DNA of 64,000 bases from Eledone cirrhosa (GCA_964016885.1 OZ024751.1:16554001-16618000); one strand, 5' to 3'. Numbered from the stretch's first letter, positions 38,819-53,012 are shown. The notes: generated by a model not told the origin, from the letters alone. Program-made: numbers and translations.

Positions 38819-38871
<53 letters not shown>

Positions 38872-38883
38872 CAGCAGCAGCAA

Positions 38884-38934
<51 letters not shown>

Positions 38935-38991
38935 CAGTAGTAGTATTACTAGTAGTAGTAATAATAGTAGTAGTAGTAGTAATAGTAATAG

Positions 38992-39048
<57 letters not shown>

Positions 39049-39078
39049 CAGTAGTAGTATTAGTAGTAGTAGTAATAA

Positions 39079-39111
<33 letters not shown>

Positions 39112-39631
39112 AAGTAGTAGTAGTAGTTTTATTGTTGTTGTCCTTGATATTATTATAACAAGTGTAATTAGTGTATTTGTTGTTGGGGTTGTTATTGTTT
39201 TGTTGATGTTCTCGGTACATCCACCATTACCAGTCACCACACTGTTGTTGCTGCAGCTGCAGTTAGTGCTGTTTAATAAGCTACCTGTGCATTATTTGCT
39301 GCAGCAGCAGTGGCTGTTACTGCAGCAGTTTCCTGTTATTGCTGTTGATGTTGTTGTTATTGTTGCAGTAGTTTGCTGCTTGTGTTGTTATGTTGTTGTT
39401 GTTGTTGTTGTTATTGTTGTTGCAGTAATTTGCTGTTGTTGCAGCTATTGTTGTTGCTGTTGTTGTTGTTGTTGTTGCAGCTATTGTTGATGTTGTTGTT
39501 ATTGTTGCAGTAGTTTGCTGATTGTGTTGTTGATGTTGTTGTTGCTGCAGTAGTTTGCTGTTGTTGCAGCTATTGTTGTTGTTGTTGTAGTTGTTATTGT
39601 TGTTGCTGTTGTTATTTTTCTTCTTGCTGTT

Positions 39632-39667
<36 letters not shown>

Positions 39668-39789
39668 CATGTTGTTGTTGTTGTTGATCCTGATGATGAT
39701 CTTGTTTTTATGATGATTATGATGTTGTTGCTATACTAGTGATAGTAGCAGTAGTAGTAGTAGTAGTAGTAGTAGTCGTAGTAGTAGTC

Positions 39790-39845
<56 letters not shown>

Positions 39846-39949
39846 TGTAATAGAAGTAGTAAAATTAGTAGTAGTAACAGTAGTAGTAGTAGTAGTAGTA
39901 ATAATAATAGTAGTAGTACTAGTAGTAGTAGTATTAGTAGTAGTAGCAA

Positions 39950-40005
<56 letters not shown>

Positions 40006-40114
40006 ATAGTAGTAGTAGTAGTTGTAGTAATAATAGTAGTAGAAATAGTTGTAATAGTAATAGTAATAATAGTAATAGTAATAGTAGTAGTAGTAGTAGT
40101 AGTATTAATAGTAA

Positions 40115-40156
<42 letters not shown>

Positions 40157-40175
40157 CAGCAGTAGTAGTAGTTTT
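34340..40175. repeat. Block of strand-biased triplet/low-complexity arrays: (TTG)n, (TGG/CTG)n, (GTG)n, (TAG)n
   Basis: Directly visible; interrupted by a SINE fragment at 37226-37345. Confidence 0.9.
37226..37345 (+). mobile_element. SINE family 1, 5'-truncated
   Basis: B-box, central domain and tail present. Confidence 0.8.
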
Positions 40176-40311
40176 TGTTGTTCTTCTTAATACTATACAA
40201 AACCCGCCAGCTTGAAGATGGTAGATTAGATATAATTATAGTGGTTATTTTCATGTCCCGGAGTTCTGTCTTCCAGTCCCGCCGGCCAATTGTATCAATT
40301 ATAATCCCTAG

Positions 40312-41520
40312 ATTACATAAATACTTTGTGGTGTACGTATACTGATGTGACAAACAGTCAAATGTATTGCCCCTACCATACAGACATACGCTGTACTGTA
40401 CGTGTAATCATGTGGCCAATCATCATGTTTGTAGCCCATACTATATAGAAATACTTTGTGGCGTACTGTGTACTGATGTGACAAACAATCAAATGTATTG
40501 CCCCTACCAAACAGACATACGTTGTACTGTACGTGTAATCATATAGCCAATCATCATATTTGTAGCCCATACTATATAGAAATACTTTGTGGCGTACTGT
40601 GTACTGATGTGACAAACAATCAAATGTATTGCCCCTACCATACAGACATACGCTGTACTGTACGTGTAATCATGTGGCCAATCATCATGTTTGTAGCCCA
40701 TACTATATAGAAATACTTTGTGGCGTACTGTGTACTGATGTGACAAACAATCAAATGTATTGCCCCTACCAAACAGACATACGCTGTACTGTACGTGTAA
40801 TCATATGGCCAATCATCATGTTTGTAGCCCATACTATATAGAAATACTTTGTGGCGTACTGTGTACTGATGTGACAAACAATCAAATGTATTGCCCCTAC
40901 CATACAGACATACGCTGTACTGTACGTGTAATCATGTGGCCAATCATCATGTTTGTAGCCCATACTATATAGAAATACTTTGTGGCGTACTGTGTACTGA
41001 TGTGACAAACAATCAAATGTATTGCCCCTACCAAACAGACATACGTTGTACTGTACGTGTAATCATATGGCCAATCATCGTGTTTGTAGCCCATACTATT
41101 TAGAAATACTTTGTGGCGTACTGTGTACTGATGTGACAAACAATCAAATTTATTGCCCCTACCATACAGACATACTTTGTGGCGTATGTGTACTGTGTAC
41201 TGATGTGACAAACCATTAGGTTTATTGCCCCTACCATACAGACATACTTTGTGGCGTATGTGTACTGTGTACTGATGTGACAAACCATTAGGTTTATTGC
41301 CTCTACCATACACAAATACTTTGTTGTGTACATGTATTAATGTAACAAAGCATCATATTTATAGCTCCTACCGTACAGAAATTCTTTGCGCTGTACGTGT
41401 ACTCACGTGGCCAACCATCATATTTGTAGCCCATACTATATAGAAATACTTTGTGGTGTACGTGTACTGTGTACTGATGTGACAAACATCAGGTTTATTG
41501 CCTCTACCATAGAGAAATAT
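40312..41520. repeat. 131-bp tandem repeat (about 6 full units, alternating A/B variants) with shortened terminal units
   Basis: The ORF track repeats every 131 bp (40373, 40504, 40635, 40766, 40897). Confidence 0.95.
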
Positions 41521-41832
41521 TTAGTCCTGTACATGTACTTATATGAACAACGATCACTTTTAGTGCTACTTTTGGTAGATCTGGTAGGAAGGTACACAAA
41601 GTACTTCTGTCTAACATTTAGTTTGCTCTGTGTTGAAGTACATCTATTGTCAGCTTAATTTGTTCATTCCTGCGGGCCCTTTAACATAAATATCAGTATT
41701 GTATATATTTTCGTATATCAAATATAATATTTACCTTCGAAATTTGAAATATTGGAAATGTGGTGAAGTAATAAACGGATTTTATTGAGTTGGAAGAAAC
41801 GGTAGAGCACTGGACAACATTCTTTATGTCAT

Positions 41833-42450
41833 TTGGCAGTATCGGTAGAAGGTCGGACACAATACATTTCAGCATAGAGTTACGCCCCTTTTACAGTCTG
41901 AGTTCAAATCCCGCCGAGGTTAACTTTGTCTTTCATCCTTACGGGGTCGATAAAACAAAGTACCAGTAATTTACTGGGGTAATTGCTGGCCTTGTGCCCA
42001 AAGTGGAAACAGTTATTATTATCGTTATTTCTTCGGTAGTTGGAGGGCGGTAGATTAGCAGTATCGGTAGAGTGTCGGATGCTATACTGCTTCGCGGCAT
42101 AGAGTTACGGCCATTTACGTTCTGAATTTAAATCCGGCCATGGTTAGCTTTGTCTTTCGTCCTTACGGGCTCAATAAAATAAAGTGCCAGTAACGCACTG
42201 GAGTCAATTTAATTGATTTTCCCCTTTTCCAGGGCGGTGGAATGGCGGTATCGATAGAGCCTCAGACATTCTGCTTCACGAGATAGAGTAACGACCCTTT
42301 ACGTTCAGAGTTCAAATCTCGCCGAGGTTAGCTTGGCCTTTCATCCTTACGGGGACGATAAAATAAAGTATCAGTAGCACACTGACCTCGATATAATCGA
42401 TTTTTCTCTAACCCCAAAATTGTTGGCAGTGTGCCTAAATCAGAAATCGT
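41833..42450 (+). mobile_element. Three head-to-tail SINE family 1 copies
   Basis: TGGCAGTATCGGTAGA / GTTCAAATC / TCATCCTTACGGG motifs at ~41833, 42044 and 42231. Confidence 0.85.
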
Positions 42451-42689
42451 ATTTTCGTTATTTCTTCGATAGTTTCATATAAGTATATATTGCCTGATTT
42501 ACGGCACCTTCGTGTTCCCGAAGTATATGAAGTACTATTGTAGGCTTTGTGAAAGTATGATATTGCATCAATCTTATTTCTTTATGGGGCTTAATTCGTA
42601 GTTTGTAATGTTATTTTAGAGATTGTTCCGTTGAGTATGATATGTGTGGAACGTGGGTTGTATAATATAAACCGATCTTGTAACGTTTG

Positions 42690-42830
42690 GAAAATCCCAG
42701 GAGCAACTCATAACCAACGATTAAAGGGTCTTTCGGATTCTCTCTTCAGTTCAATTTTCGAGCAATTTCCTTGGGGTTCGTGCGGTTCCTAATAAAGTTG
42801 TTTTCTGTAGTAGATCTAAATTAATGACTG
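42690..42830 (-). pseudogene. 3' tip of an old R4/Dong-like element
   Basis: Minus strand translates as NLDLLQKTTLLGTARTPRKLLEN*, matching LQKACLLGTARTLRYVLNI* of the young copies. Confidence 0.6.
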
Positions 42831-42834
42831 CAAA

Positions 42835-42866
<32 letters not shown>

Positions 42867-42871
42867 AATTA

Positions 42872-43110
42872 TTGTGAAATTTCAACCTTCGATGTAATCA
42901 AATCATTGAGGCTAAGAAAATCAGCCATTGTTATTGAAAAATGGAGAACAAAAGTATAATAAATTGTACAATAATTGATTTAATAGCTCCAGGAAACAAC
43001 AGAATTTCTAACAAGAAATGGAGAAATGCTAACTGAAAAAAATATATATTCCAAAATAGCGGAGTAAGAAAAAAGTTGAAATTGTATCAGCTGAAATGGA
43101 CTGTCTATAT
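42872..43110 (+). pseudogene. Highly decayed R4/Dong-like RLE fragment
   Basis: NFNLRCNQIIEAKK...CTIIDLIAPGNNRISNK resembles WDF.IQ.D..IE..RPD...C.I.D.A.P. Confidence 0.4.
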
Positions 43111-43187
43111 GACAATGAAGAATATGAAATGATATTTGGGAAGATTAACGTCGAAATGCGAACCGAATTTTTTTATTATTATTATTA

Positions 43188-43800
43188 CGGGGGATTGGCA
43201 GTATCAGTAGAAGGTCGGACGCCATGCTTTCTAGCATAGTTACGTCCCTTTACGATCTGAGTTCAAATCCCGCCGAGGTTAACTTTGCCTTTCATCCTTT
43301 CAGGGTCGATAAAATAAAGTACCAGTAATGTACTGGGTAATTGCTGGCCTTGTGCCAAAAGTAGAAACAATTATTATTACGGTAGAATGGCAGTATCGTA
43401 GAGGGTCGGCCGCCATGCTCTTCAGCATAGAGTTACGGCCCTTTATGATCAGAGTTCAAATCCCGCCGAGGTTAATTTGCCATTCATCCTTACAGGGTCG
43501 ATAAAATAAAGTACCAGTCACGTACTGGGATCAGTTTCATCGACTTTCCCCTCCCCCAAAATTACTGGTCTTGTGCCTATATGAGAAACCATTATTACAG
43601 TGGAATGACAGTATCGGTAGAGGGTCGGACGCCATGCTTTGCAGCATAGAGTAACGGTCTGAGTTCAAATCCGGCTGAGGTTAACTTTGCCTTTCATCCT
43701 TACGGGGTCGATAAAATGAAGTACCAGTCACGCATTGGGGTCGATTTAATCGACTTTCCCCTCTCCCAAAATTGCTGGCCTTGTACCTATATAAGAAACC
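43188..43800 (+). mobile_element. Three head-to-tail SINE family 1 copies separated by ATTATTAC
   Basis: Copies at ~43188, 43381 and 43600. Confidence 0.88.
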
Positions 43801-43854
43801 ATAGTTGTTTTGTCACGCAGTGTAGGCGGGAAATGCACCAGCGTATTTAGTCAA

Positions 43855-44345
43855 CTGCCAAGTCACAACACAGACCTCAGACAGATAATACATACCTTAA
43901 AATATGCGCAGTGCCTAATAAGGTTTATTTTTGTATGGCACCAACCTAACATGGTATTTCCAACTACTTTAAGAAGTATTGGTGTTTCAATAGAATTAAC
44001 CCTAATGCCCCGATCACAACTGGTATCACTTTCACATCACCATCTTACATTCCAAACAGACTTGCCAGCCCCACTTTTATTTCGGAGTATTGGGTGATAT
44101 TTTCAATCTCTTCACAAATCATGGCTTTGTCTATGATCTGACAGTATTTATTTCTTGTTCAATACGACAATGCTCTACCGGCGATGCTCAATTACTCTAT
44201 CACTCTGAATATCATAATCCCAGAATATCGTTGCTTTTCCTTTCCCCTGAATTAGTTTACTAGCCACATTCCCATACCAATTCTCTGTTACTTCGAAATT
44301 ACTGCAACATTGGTAACACTTTTACATTGCCTTTACGCATTCCAA
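43855..44345 (-). pseudogene. Decayed R4/Dong-like RLE C-terminus
   Basis: Minus strand: IFWDYDIQSDRVIEHRR, VKVIPVVIGALG, AIQK*TLLGTAHILRYVLSV*. Confidence 0.75.
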
Positions 44346-44371
44346 ACATTGCTATTGTTATTATTATTATA

Positions 44372-44598
44372 AGGGCGATGGATTGGCAGTATCGGTGGAG
44401 AGTCAAACACCATGCCATACTTTGCAGCATATAGTTACGGCCCTTTTACGATGTGAGTTCAAATCCTGTCGAGGTTAGTTTTACCTTTCATTCTTACGTA
44501 GTGGATAAAATAAAGCACCAGTAATGCACTGGGGTAGATTTAACCGACATTCCCCTCCTCCCAAATATCTGGCCTTGTGCTTAACGTAGAAGCAATTA
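44372..44598 (+). mobile_element. SINE family 1 (long variant)
   Basis: Preceded by (ATT)n; A/B boxes and tail present. Confidence 0.8.
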
Positions 44599-45107
44599 TC
44601 ATTAATAGTCGAATTATGTTAGTGTATAGTGTAGTCAGACTGTATGATATCAGCTGGAATTTGACGTATATCCAAGTACTGGATAAAAGAGACAGAAGAA
44701 AGAATGAACTCACCGTTACAATATTTCCGATTCTAAAGGTGTTACGTAGACAGAATTACATAGATTGGTATTTAATCTCAATGGAAGCTTGCTCCAAGGC
44801 AGTAGCAATTGACAATTATTTCAATACCAAAGACTATGTTGTTTGAATAACACTCATATATGTTGCATAAAACTCATATATGTTGCTGACAGTTTTCAGC
44901 TGTGCGTCAAGTCTGAAATATTGTAAGAGCCAATATAGAGAACACGAGATGAATGAATATAACTATTAACAAAGTAACGAAACAAGCACGAACTCCAGCT
45001 ACGCAAGAATTGGAGAAAATATGGTCAAAGCAAAGCATTTCCTTGTGAATTATCTTCAGGGAATCGATAAAGAAAGTTAATACTATTAACACCAAAAACA
45101 TGGCTGT

Positions 45108-45264
45108 AATTTGGCAGAGTCGTTAGAACGTGAATTACACTGATTAGCTGCATTCCTTTTCCTTGTCTGCGCTTTCTGATTTCATATCCTTCCGAGGTCA
45201 ACTTTGTTTTTCTTCATCCTTTCAAGCTCGATAAAAAGAATGCATCAGTTCAGTACTAGTTTCG

Positions 45265-45265
<1 letters not shown>
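45108..45265 (+). mobile_element. Degenerate SINE family 1
   Basis: TGGCAGAGTCGTTAG, CCGAGGTCAACTTTG, TCATCCTTTC..TCGATAAAA. Confidence 0.6.
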
Positions 45266-45300
<35 letters not shown>

Positions 45301-45608
45301 CCTCTCCCTCTCTTTCTCTCTCTCTCTCTCTCTGACCCTCTCCCTCTCTTTCTCTCTATCTCTCTTTCTCTCTCTCTCCGTCTCTCTCTCATATATAGGG
45401 AAATGATGTTTTTTTTTTTAAATGATGTCCGACACGGGTAAAAGTATAAGAAGAAATTGAAAATGCAACTGGAATGTTTTAAGAATATTTGTTTACTTTA
45501 CCGGTTTCACAATTCTTATGATTTTCAAAAGTAAAATTGGGATGGAGGGTTTGTGTTTCTGTTGTGGTTTGTCTGGCATGTATATATATATACACGCCAA
45601 GTTAGTTT

Positions 45609-45690
45609 GTTTCCTGATGATTTCGAAGCTTGTGAATTTATCCTTGATCGGATATTTCCAAAAGCGAATGAAACTCCAAGGGGTAGAAAC
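45609..45690 (+). ncRNA. Type I hammerhead ribozyme candidate with canonical core
   Basis: GTTTC CTGATGA [TTCG...CGAA stem II] GAAA CTC(CAAG)GGG TA GAAAC; host repeat 45397-46000 also matches 58805-58930 (-) and 63889-64000. Confidence 0.75.
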
Positions 45691-46150
45691 GTAATCTTGG
45701 TATGTTTATATACATTTTTTCTTATAACTTTAATTTTATACCTAATTGTGTATGGTTGACGATATATTTAATCGATTTCCACGTGCTATTGAAATGCTGG
45801 GTAAATATTGTATAGCTGTTGATCGCGAATAGATGGCTGTCGTTTATTTATCTGTTATTTCTTCATAGGTGCCTTTTAATCTTATAGCCTGGTTTAATTG
45901 TTTTTTTGTGTGGTTGATTATGCTGATTGGGAGAGGAAATGGTGTATATATCTTATCAAATGATTCTATGGACATACTTTATTGTATATATATTTATATA
46001 TATATATTAAGATTGGTTCTCTGAAATAGCGATGTATACATGTATGTATAGTATATTTGGCAAAATACCGTATGTTTATTAAAAACATTTTGAAGACGTT
46101 GCGCTATCATTTTTAAAGTAGTGACTATGTCACGTCTTTTTTTCGGCAAA

Positions 46151-46537
<387 letters not shown>

Positions 46538-46836
46538 TCCTCTCTCTCTCAGTCTGGAAGAAATTGCTTTTATTCAGTCCTGAAGAGGGAAGTTTTCAAC
46601 CATGTTTTAAAAGTGGCTAAGACACGTCATATGTCGCTAGGGGCAGCCTACGACTCACTCCATTACAAAAACATATTTCCACCAACATATCCAGATATGT
46701 ATGAACAGTCGAACATACTGTTCACATTAAATATTTGATAAATATTTCGTATTTCTGAATTAATGTGCTGAGTTGGAGACGGTTGTGTGTGACAGGATCC
46801 GCTGGAGGGAGTGTTCGTTCGGAGACACTGCGTCCA

Positions 46837-47218
46837 GAAGAGGAAAAAGAAAAAGAAGAAGAAGAAGAAGAAGAAGAAGAAGAAGAAGAAGAAGAAGAAG
46901 AAACAGAAGAAGAAGAAGAAGAAGAAGAAGAAGAAGAAGAAGAAGAAGAAGAAGAAGAAGAAAAGAAACAGAAGAAGAAGAAGAAGAAGAAGAAGAAGAA
47001 GAAGAAGAAGAAGAAGAAAAGAAACAGAAGAAGAAGAAGAAGAAGAAGAAGAAGAAGAAGAAGAAGAAGAAGAAGAAGAAGAAGAAGAAGAAGAAACAGA
47101 AGAAGAAGAAGAAGAAGAAGAAGAAGAATAAGGAGGAGGAGGAGGAGGAGGAGAAGAAGAAGAAGAAGAAGAAGAAGAAGAAGAAGAAGAAGAAGAAGAA
47201 GAAGAAGAAGAAGAAGAA
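46837..47218. repeat. (GAA)n/(GGA)n microsatellite
   Basis: Directly visible. Confidence 0.95.
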
Positions 47219-47391
47219 CTGCTAGATGCACCTACGACTTACATATGCACATTGCAACTCGTAATGCACCATTTTCGGAGCTCTAGAAACCTTAATTGGT
47301 CCAGGTGAGTTGTTCCTTTTACCCGTTGGTATCGCTGTTGTAGCTATAAACTACGGCCACCTACACATTGTTGATTATATACATTATCTTA

Positions 47392-47577
47392 CGGTGGATT
47401 GGCAGTATCGGTAGAGGGTCGGGCGCCATGCTTTGACGCATAGAGTTACGGCCCTTGCCATTCTGAGATCAAATCCCGCCGAGGTTAACTTTGACTTTCA
47501 TCCTTACGGGGTCGATAAAATAGAGTACCAGTAATACACTGGGTAATTGCTGGCCTTGTGCCAAAAGTAGAAACAAA
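47392..47577 (+). mobile_element. SINE family 1
   Basis: Full motif set; TSD of about A(T/A)TATCTTAC. Confidence 0.85.
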
Positions 47578-47723
47578 TATCTTACTCTTATATAACTTTA
47601 TGTGTGAACTCTGGTCGAGAACCATTTAAACTTTTCTTATGATTGTATGCTTTGGGACTGCTTCAAATAAGTCGACTACTTCCTGCTCTATTGCAGCGAT
47701 GTATACTTAATATACTATTTCAT

Positions 47724-47902
47724 AGGATTAGTAGTATCGGTAGAGGGACGGACGCCATGCTTTCCAGCATAGTTACGTCCCTTTACGATCTGAGTTCAAA
47801 TCCCGCTGAGGTTAACTTTGCCTTTTATCCTTACGGGGTCGATAAAATAAAGTACCAGTAATGCACTGGGTAATTGGCCTTGTGCCTAAAGTAGAAACAA
47901 TT
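47724..47902 (+). mobile_element. SINE family 1
   Basis: Full motif set. Confidence 0.85.
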
Positions 47903-48019
47903 ATATATATATATATATAGATTATCGATCGACTTTTGTCAAATCGGACCGAGGAAACAATGTTTCCGATGGTCTTTCCAATTGCTAATGCTATCTATCG
48001 GTCGCAAATCCAGGTAGAA

Positions 48020-48136
48020 GGAGCAACGTGAAATAAAGTGTCTTGCTCAAGGACATAACGCCTCGCGCGGTCCAGGAATTGAACTCACAACCTCAAGATT
48101 GTGAATCCAATTCTCTAACCATTCAGCCACACGCCT

Positions 48137-48140
<4 letters not shown>
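48020..48140 (-). mobile_element. SINE family 2, 5' part
   Basis: Reverse complement of 1172-1295. Confidence 0.7.
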
Positions 48141-48205
<65 letters not shown>

Positions 48206-48263
48206 ATGTATGTATATGTATATATATATATATAAATATATATATATATATGTATATATATAG

Positions 48264-48419
<156 letters not shown>

Positions 48420-48616
48420 TGAGTTGGCTCGAAGAATTGATAGGAAGAAAGGAGAAAGGAATAAAAGAGATGAGAGGAGATCACACACATTTAAATACAC
48501 TCATCAGCTTTCAGACCGCCTGTAATTTCAACGGTCTGACTGAAAATACTGCGAATGAGTCGACTCGTAACTACGGAGAATTGAATATCTCCGTTGGTAT
48601 AATATTTGTGTGGGGA

Positions 48617-48669
<53 letters not shown>

Positions 48670-48697
48670 AAGAGAGAAAGAAATAGAGAGAGAGAGT

Positions 48698-48759
<62 letters not shown>

Positions 48760-49093
48760 AAGTGCGTCTACTCGACCTCACGTCGTAAGAAAGAAAGAAT
48801 ACTGGCACTGCAAGGGGATGGGGCCTGGTGCTGGCACTGATACGATGTAACATATATGTCATAAAATACAGTACTTATATATACACTATTGTAATAGTGT
48901 GCAACATCTATAACTTTCAAATCAATGCAAAAGACACGAGATTGGTGGCGTTAATGAATGTTATTTTTCGAAGTGATCTATAACGTTATAATAATAAAAA
49001 GCAGAACTAGTATAATGTATCGATATTATTTAATGTGAAGCCTGTATTTTACAGTTGAGCAACTTTAGTAGTTTCATTATCTTATCTTCAAAG

Positions 49094-49277
49094 GGTGGTG
49101 GATTGGCAGTATCGGAAGAGGGTCGGACGCCATGCTTTCCAGCATAGTTACGTCCCTTTACGATCTGAGTTCAAATCCCGCCGAGGTTAACTTTGCCTTT
49201 CATCCTTACGTGGTCGATAAAATAAAGTACCAGTAATGTACTGGGTACTTGCTGGCCTTGTGCCTAAAGTGGAAACA
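49094..49277 (+). mobile_element. SINE family 1 with 18-bp TSD
   Basis: ATTATCTTATCTTCAAAG at 49076-49093 and 49278-49295. Confidence 0.9.
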
Positions 49278-49540
49278 ATTATCTTATCTTCAAAGCAAAA
49301 GGGTATATATATAGATATAAATAATATATATATATAATATATATATAGTGGTGGAACACTGGAAGGTAATATCCGTAGTGGTAGAGCACTCAGTCCAAGG
49401 GACGAGTTAGGTAGAAGTGGTTACACAACAGTTAGTTCACCATACCGAGAAAAATTGTTTCACCTTCGCGGATCCGCGAAGGGTCTTCAAAATGTTTTAA
49501 AATAAATATACAGTATATTATCAAATATTCTATACATACA

Positions 49541-49688
<148 letters not shown>

Positions 49689-49756
49689 TATATTATATAT
49701 ATATATATGTAATATATATATATATATATATATAGTATATATATATATATATAATA

Positions 49757-49804
49757 GTTTCTGAAGATCCGTTAAGGGTGAAAGAAGCGATTCTTTGCTT
49801 AAAC
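49757..49804 (+). ncRNA. Minimal hammerhead candidate, family C
   Basis: GTTT CTGAAGA TCC-GTTAA-GGGT GAAA G..CTT AAAC; sister copies at 52725-52775 and 55632-55681 carry CAGAAGA. Confidence 0.5.
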
Positions 49805-49888
49805 CTTAAACTGTAATTTCTTATTTTAATAAATATATATAATATATATATATATATTAAATATATTATATATATATATATATATTAA

Positions 49889-49947
<59 letters not shown>

Positions 49948-49993
49948 GTTTCTTGCTCACATTAATTTCTCTATTTTCATTTATATAATATAT

Positions 49994-50030
<37 letters not shown>

Positions 50031-50285
50031 AATATGTGTGTATTTACAAATGTATATATATATATGTATAAAATATAACAAATGATGCAAGCAATCCGCT
50101 TTTAGTTTCATGTTAAGTGTGTATAACCTATAACAAAACACCAACTTAATGTCGTCTACTTACTCAACTCATTGTTCCATGTGATTTAAGAATCAATCAC
50201 AAAATCTTTGTTATGAGGTTTCGGGGACAATACTTTACATTTGCCGCCCATCAAAATATTCCTTATCATCATCTAATTATATTGT

Positions 50286-50467
50286 GAATTGGCAGTATCG
50301 GTAGAGGGTTGGACGCCATGCTTTGACGCATAGAGTTACGGCCCTTGCCATTCTGAGTTCAAATCCCGCCGAGGTTAACTTTGCCTTTCATCCTTATGGG
50401 ATCGATAAAATAAAGTACCAGTAATGTACTGGGTAATTGCTGGCCTTGTGCCAAAAGTAGAAACAAT
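50286..50467 (+). mobile_element. SINE family 1
   Basis: Full motif set; TSD AATTATATTGT. Confidence 0.85.
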
Positions 50468-50653
50468 TATATTGTTTTCTTTGTTTTATACTTGAATATT
50501 TGAATCCATGAAAATTATTTGTACAAACTGTTGTGTTGGGATTTTGATCTCTGTACACGAGGCCAGAATCTCATTATATCTCTACTACACTTCTACATTT
50601 ATATTCACTATACTATTGCAATACGATGGGAAATAATAATGGGTTCAAATGCA

Positions 50654-50797
50654 CTCCAGCATAGTTACGTCCCTTTACGATCTGAGTTCAAATCCCGCCG
50701 AGGTAGACTTTGCCTTTCATCCTTACGGGGTCGATAAAATAAAGTACCAGTAATACACTGGGTGATTGCTGGCCTTGTGCCTAAAGTAGAAACAATT
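50654..50797 (+). mobile_element. SINE family 1, 5'-truncated
   Basis: B-box through tail. Confidence 0.82.
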
Positions 50798-50828
50798 ATT
50801 TAAGTATTTTATACAAGCCCTCACGCAA

Positions 50829-50925
<97 letters not shown>

Positions 50926-51106
50926 ATATATACATATACTTCGTTTTAAAATTTTTTTATCTAAAAACCTGTGTTGAAATGTATATTGTTATACCATGTT
51001 GGGGTTCATGCTGCCAATATAAACACACGCACCTGTTGGTTTTCACTTCAATTTAGTATAAATTTCCGGTTGGTTGGTTAAATAACAAGATGGTTGTTTA
51101 TATATT

Positions 51107-51149
51107 GTCAAAGCTCTTTTGTTACACATTCTGTGGCCTCCTCAGTGAC
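51107..51149 (-). ncRNA. Degenerate minimal hammerhead candidate, family E
   Basis: Minus strand: GTCA CTGAGGA GGCCAC..GTGTAAC AAAA GAGCTT TGAC; the copy at 436-469 retains GAAA. Confidence 0.5.
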
Positions 51150-51612
51150 TGGGCTTTTATCCTACACCATCTTAAAATGAAAATGGTCAATTTAACATTA
51201 TTTAATTTATGAAATAATAATTTTATGTCTACTATTTATGATGTGAAGAATCTCTGTAGTACAGAGGCCAAATCCCCTAGATATAGATCCATTTATATAT
51301 AGAAAAGCACGTGAGAGTTTTTACCAAGAAAGGGAGTATTCCACTTGTTTATTTTTTAGCGACCAAATCAGTTCCGACAGGTCCGTGCTAGATCTTTTAT
51401 CAGCTCTTTTACATGAGTGGTGATGGTTGTATGAAGTTCTCTTAAATCTAGTAGAAATTACACTAATATATAAGTTTTATCACATTCGTTTTTACTTCAC
51501 ATTTGTGTTACTTCTCATTCATTTTTACTTCACATATGCTTACTGGTCGACGAAGGGAATAACACGTATGGCTTGTAACATATCAATGGATATTTATATC
51601 TCGATTGGATTC

Positions 51613-51680
51613 TTGTCTGAAGAGAACACGTAGATCAGTTGTTATACCACTGCCTTACGTCTTTGAAATACGTATAACAA
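51613..51680 (+). ncRNA. Type I hammerhead ribozyme candidate with intact core
   Basis: TTGT CTGAAGA [ACGTAG...TTACGT stem II] GAAA TACGTA TA ACAA; palindromic stem III. Confidence 0.7.
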
Positions 51681-51977
51681 AATAAATAGGGATGTACATA
51701 TGAAACCGTCTTTCTTGTTTATTACTATAATAAAACTCTGGATGAACAAAAACCGAGGAGTGCTTTACATCTGTTAAGAAAAAGGAAGCAGATTTTCAAT
51801 CAACCAACTTTCTTTAATTGAATATGTATTTATATATGAGCATACATATATACATATATATTGGCCGATAGTGCTTCTTGTGGTTTTGATTGCCCTCATT
51901 GTTGGCTAATAAAGACTTTTGATGTATTGAAGGCTTCTTTGTTTTATTTTCATAATATATATATATATATATATATA

Positions 51978-52791
51978 GTAATAATAATAAAATTGAAGAC
52001 TAAAACCCAAAGAGGGCTCGATAAGGAAAATATATATCAAATATATAAGAACCGAAGAGCAAATATTTGTTTTAGTTGACTTACGTCTCCGAACCTTCGT
52101 GTATTTATTTGTAGGTATGTGTGTGCGCTTGTTATATACGTATTTATTTACTTATATACGTTTATATAATTATTTATTTATTTGTACACAAGCATACACA
52201 CATACACATATTTATATGTGCGTGGTTTTGTATACCTATGGTAAGGTTTTGCGTATGCTTGTGTATGTACGTATCTGTTTGCGCGTATGTATTTATTTGT
52301 TTCTATTACTTCAGTATTGTATTTATTTACTTTGTTCTTAACTCTGTAGCGGAGATTCATTCGGTCTCCTAGTTAGAATTTTAGTCTACAACTTCTGCTA
52401 TACCATTTACGTGGTTTTGTCTTTGCGTGCTATTGTTCTCCACGCTCCACATATGACTTATTATCTTCGTTTTTTCGTTCATTGCCAGAGAACGTCTCTA
52501 TCCACCACTTAGAGAACAATAGTCTACGACCTCTTTTATACCATAAACGTGGTTCTGTCTTTGCGCGTAATTGTTTTTCACCGCTCCTATTAATGACGTT
52601 TATTCGTTTTTTCCCATTCTTTGCCAGCGAACGTTACCACGAACCAAAGTATCGTCTTCCTGTCTTCCTCCGGTTGCAACGTTTTTTGAAACATCCAGTA
52701 CTGCGTTTACAGATTGACTTTGTTAGTTTCAGAAGATCCCGTTAAGGGTGAAAGCAGCGATTCTTTACATAAACTTTAATCTGTTATTTTA

Positions 52792-52797
<6 letters not shown>
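51978..52797. mobile_element. (TA)n-embedded insert, family C, longest copy
   Basis: Same two ends as 55576-55692 and 176-305; internal diverged duplication of ~138 bp (52383 / 52521). Confidence 0.6.
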
Positions 52798-52827
<30 letters not shown>

Positions 52828-52960
52828 TCCTGAAGATTTCATCTGAATGAAACAGTACTAGTCCTATAGAAGCTCCTTCTATAAAATAAAAACATTTTAC
52901 TCTGCCATGTATTGAGTACCTTACTTACTGTGGTTATCCCCGACTCAACCCGGGACCTAC

Positions 52961-53012
<52 letters not shown>

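Noticed and set aside
40373-41313. Repeated 70-80 aa ORFs
   Set aside because: By-product of a 131-bp (non-triplet) tandem repeat
46722-47286. Poly-E/K/R protein
   Set aside because: Pure (GAA)n microsatellite open in all frames
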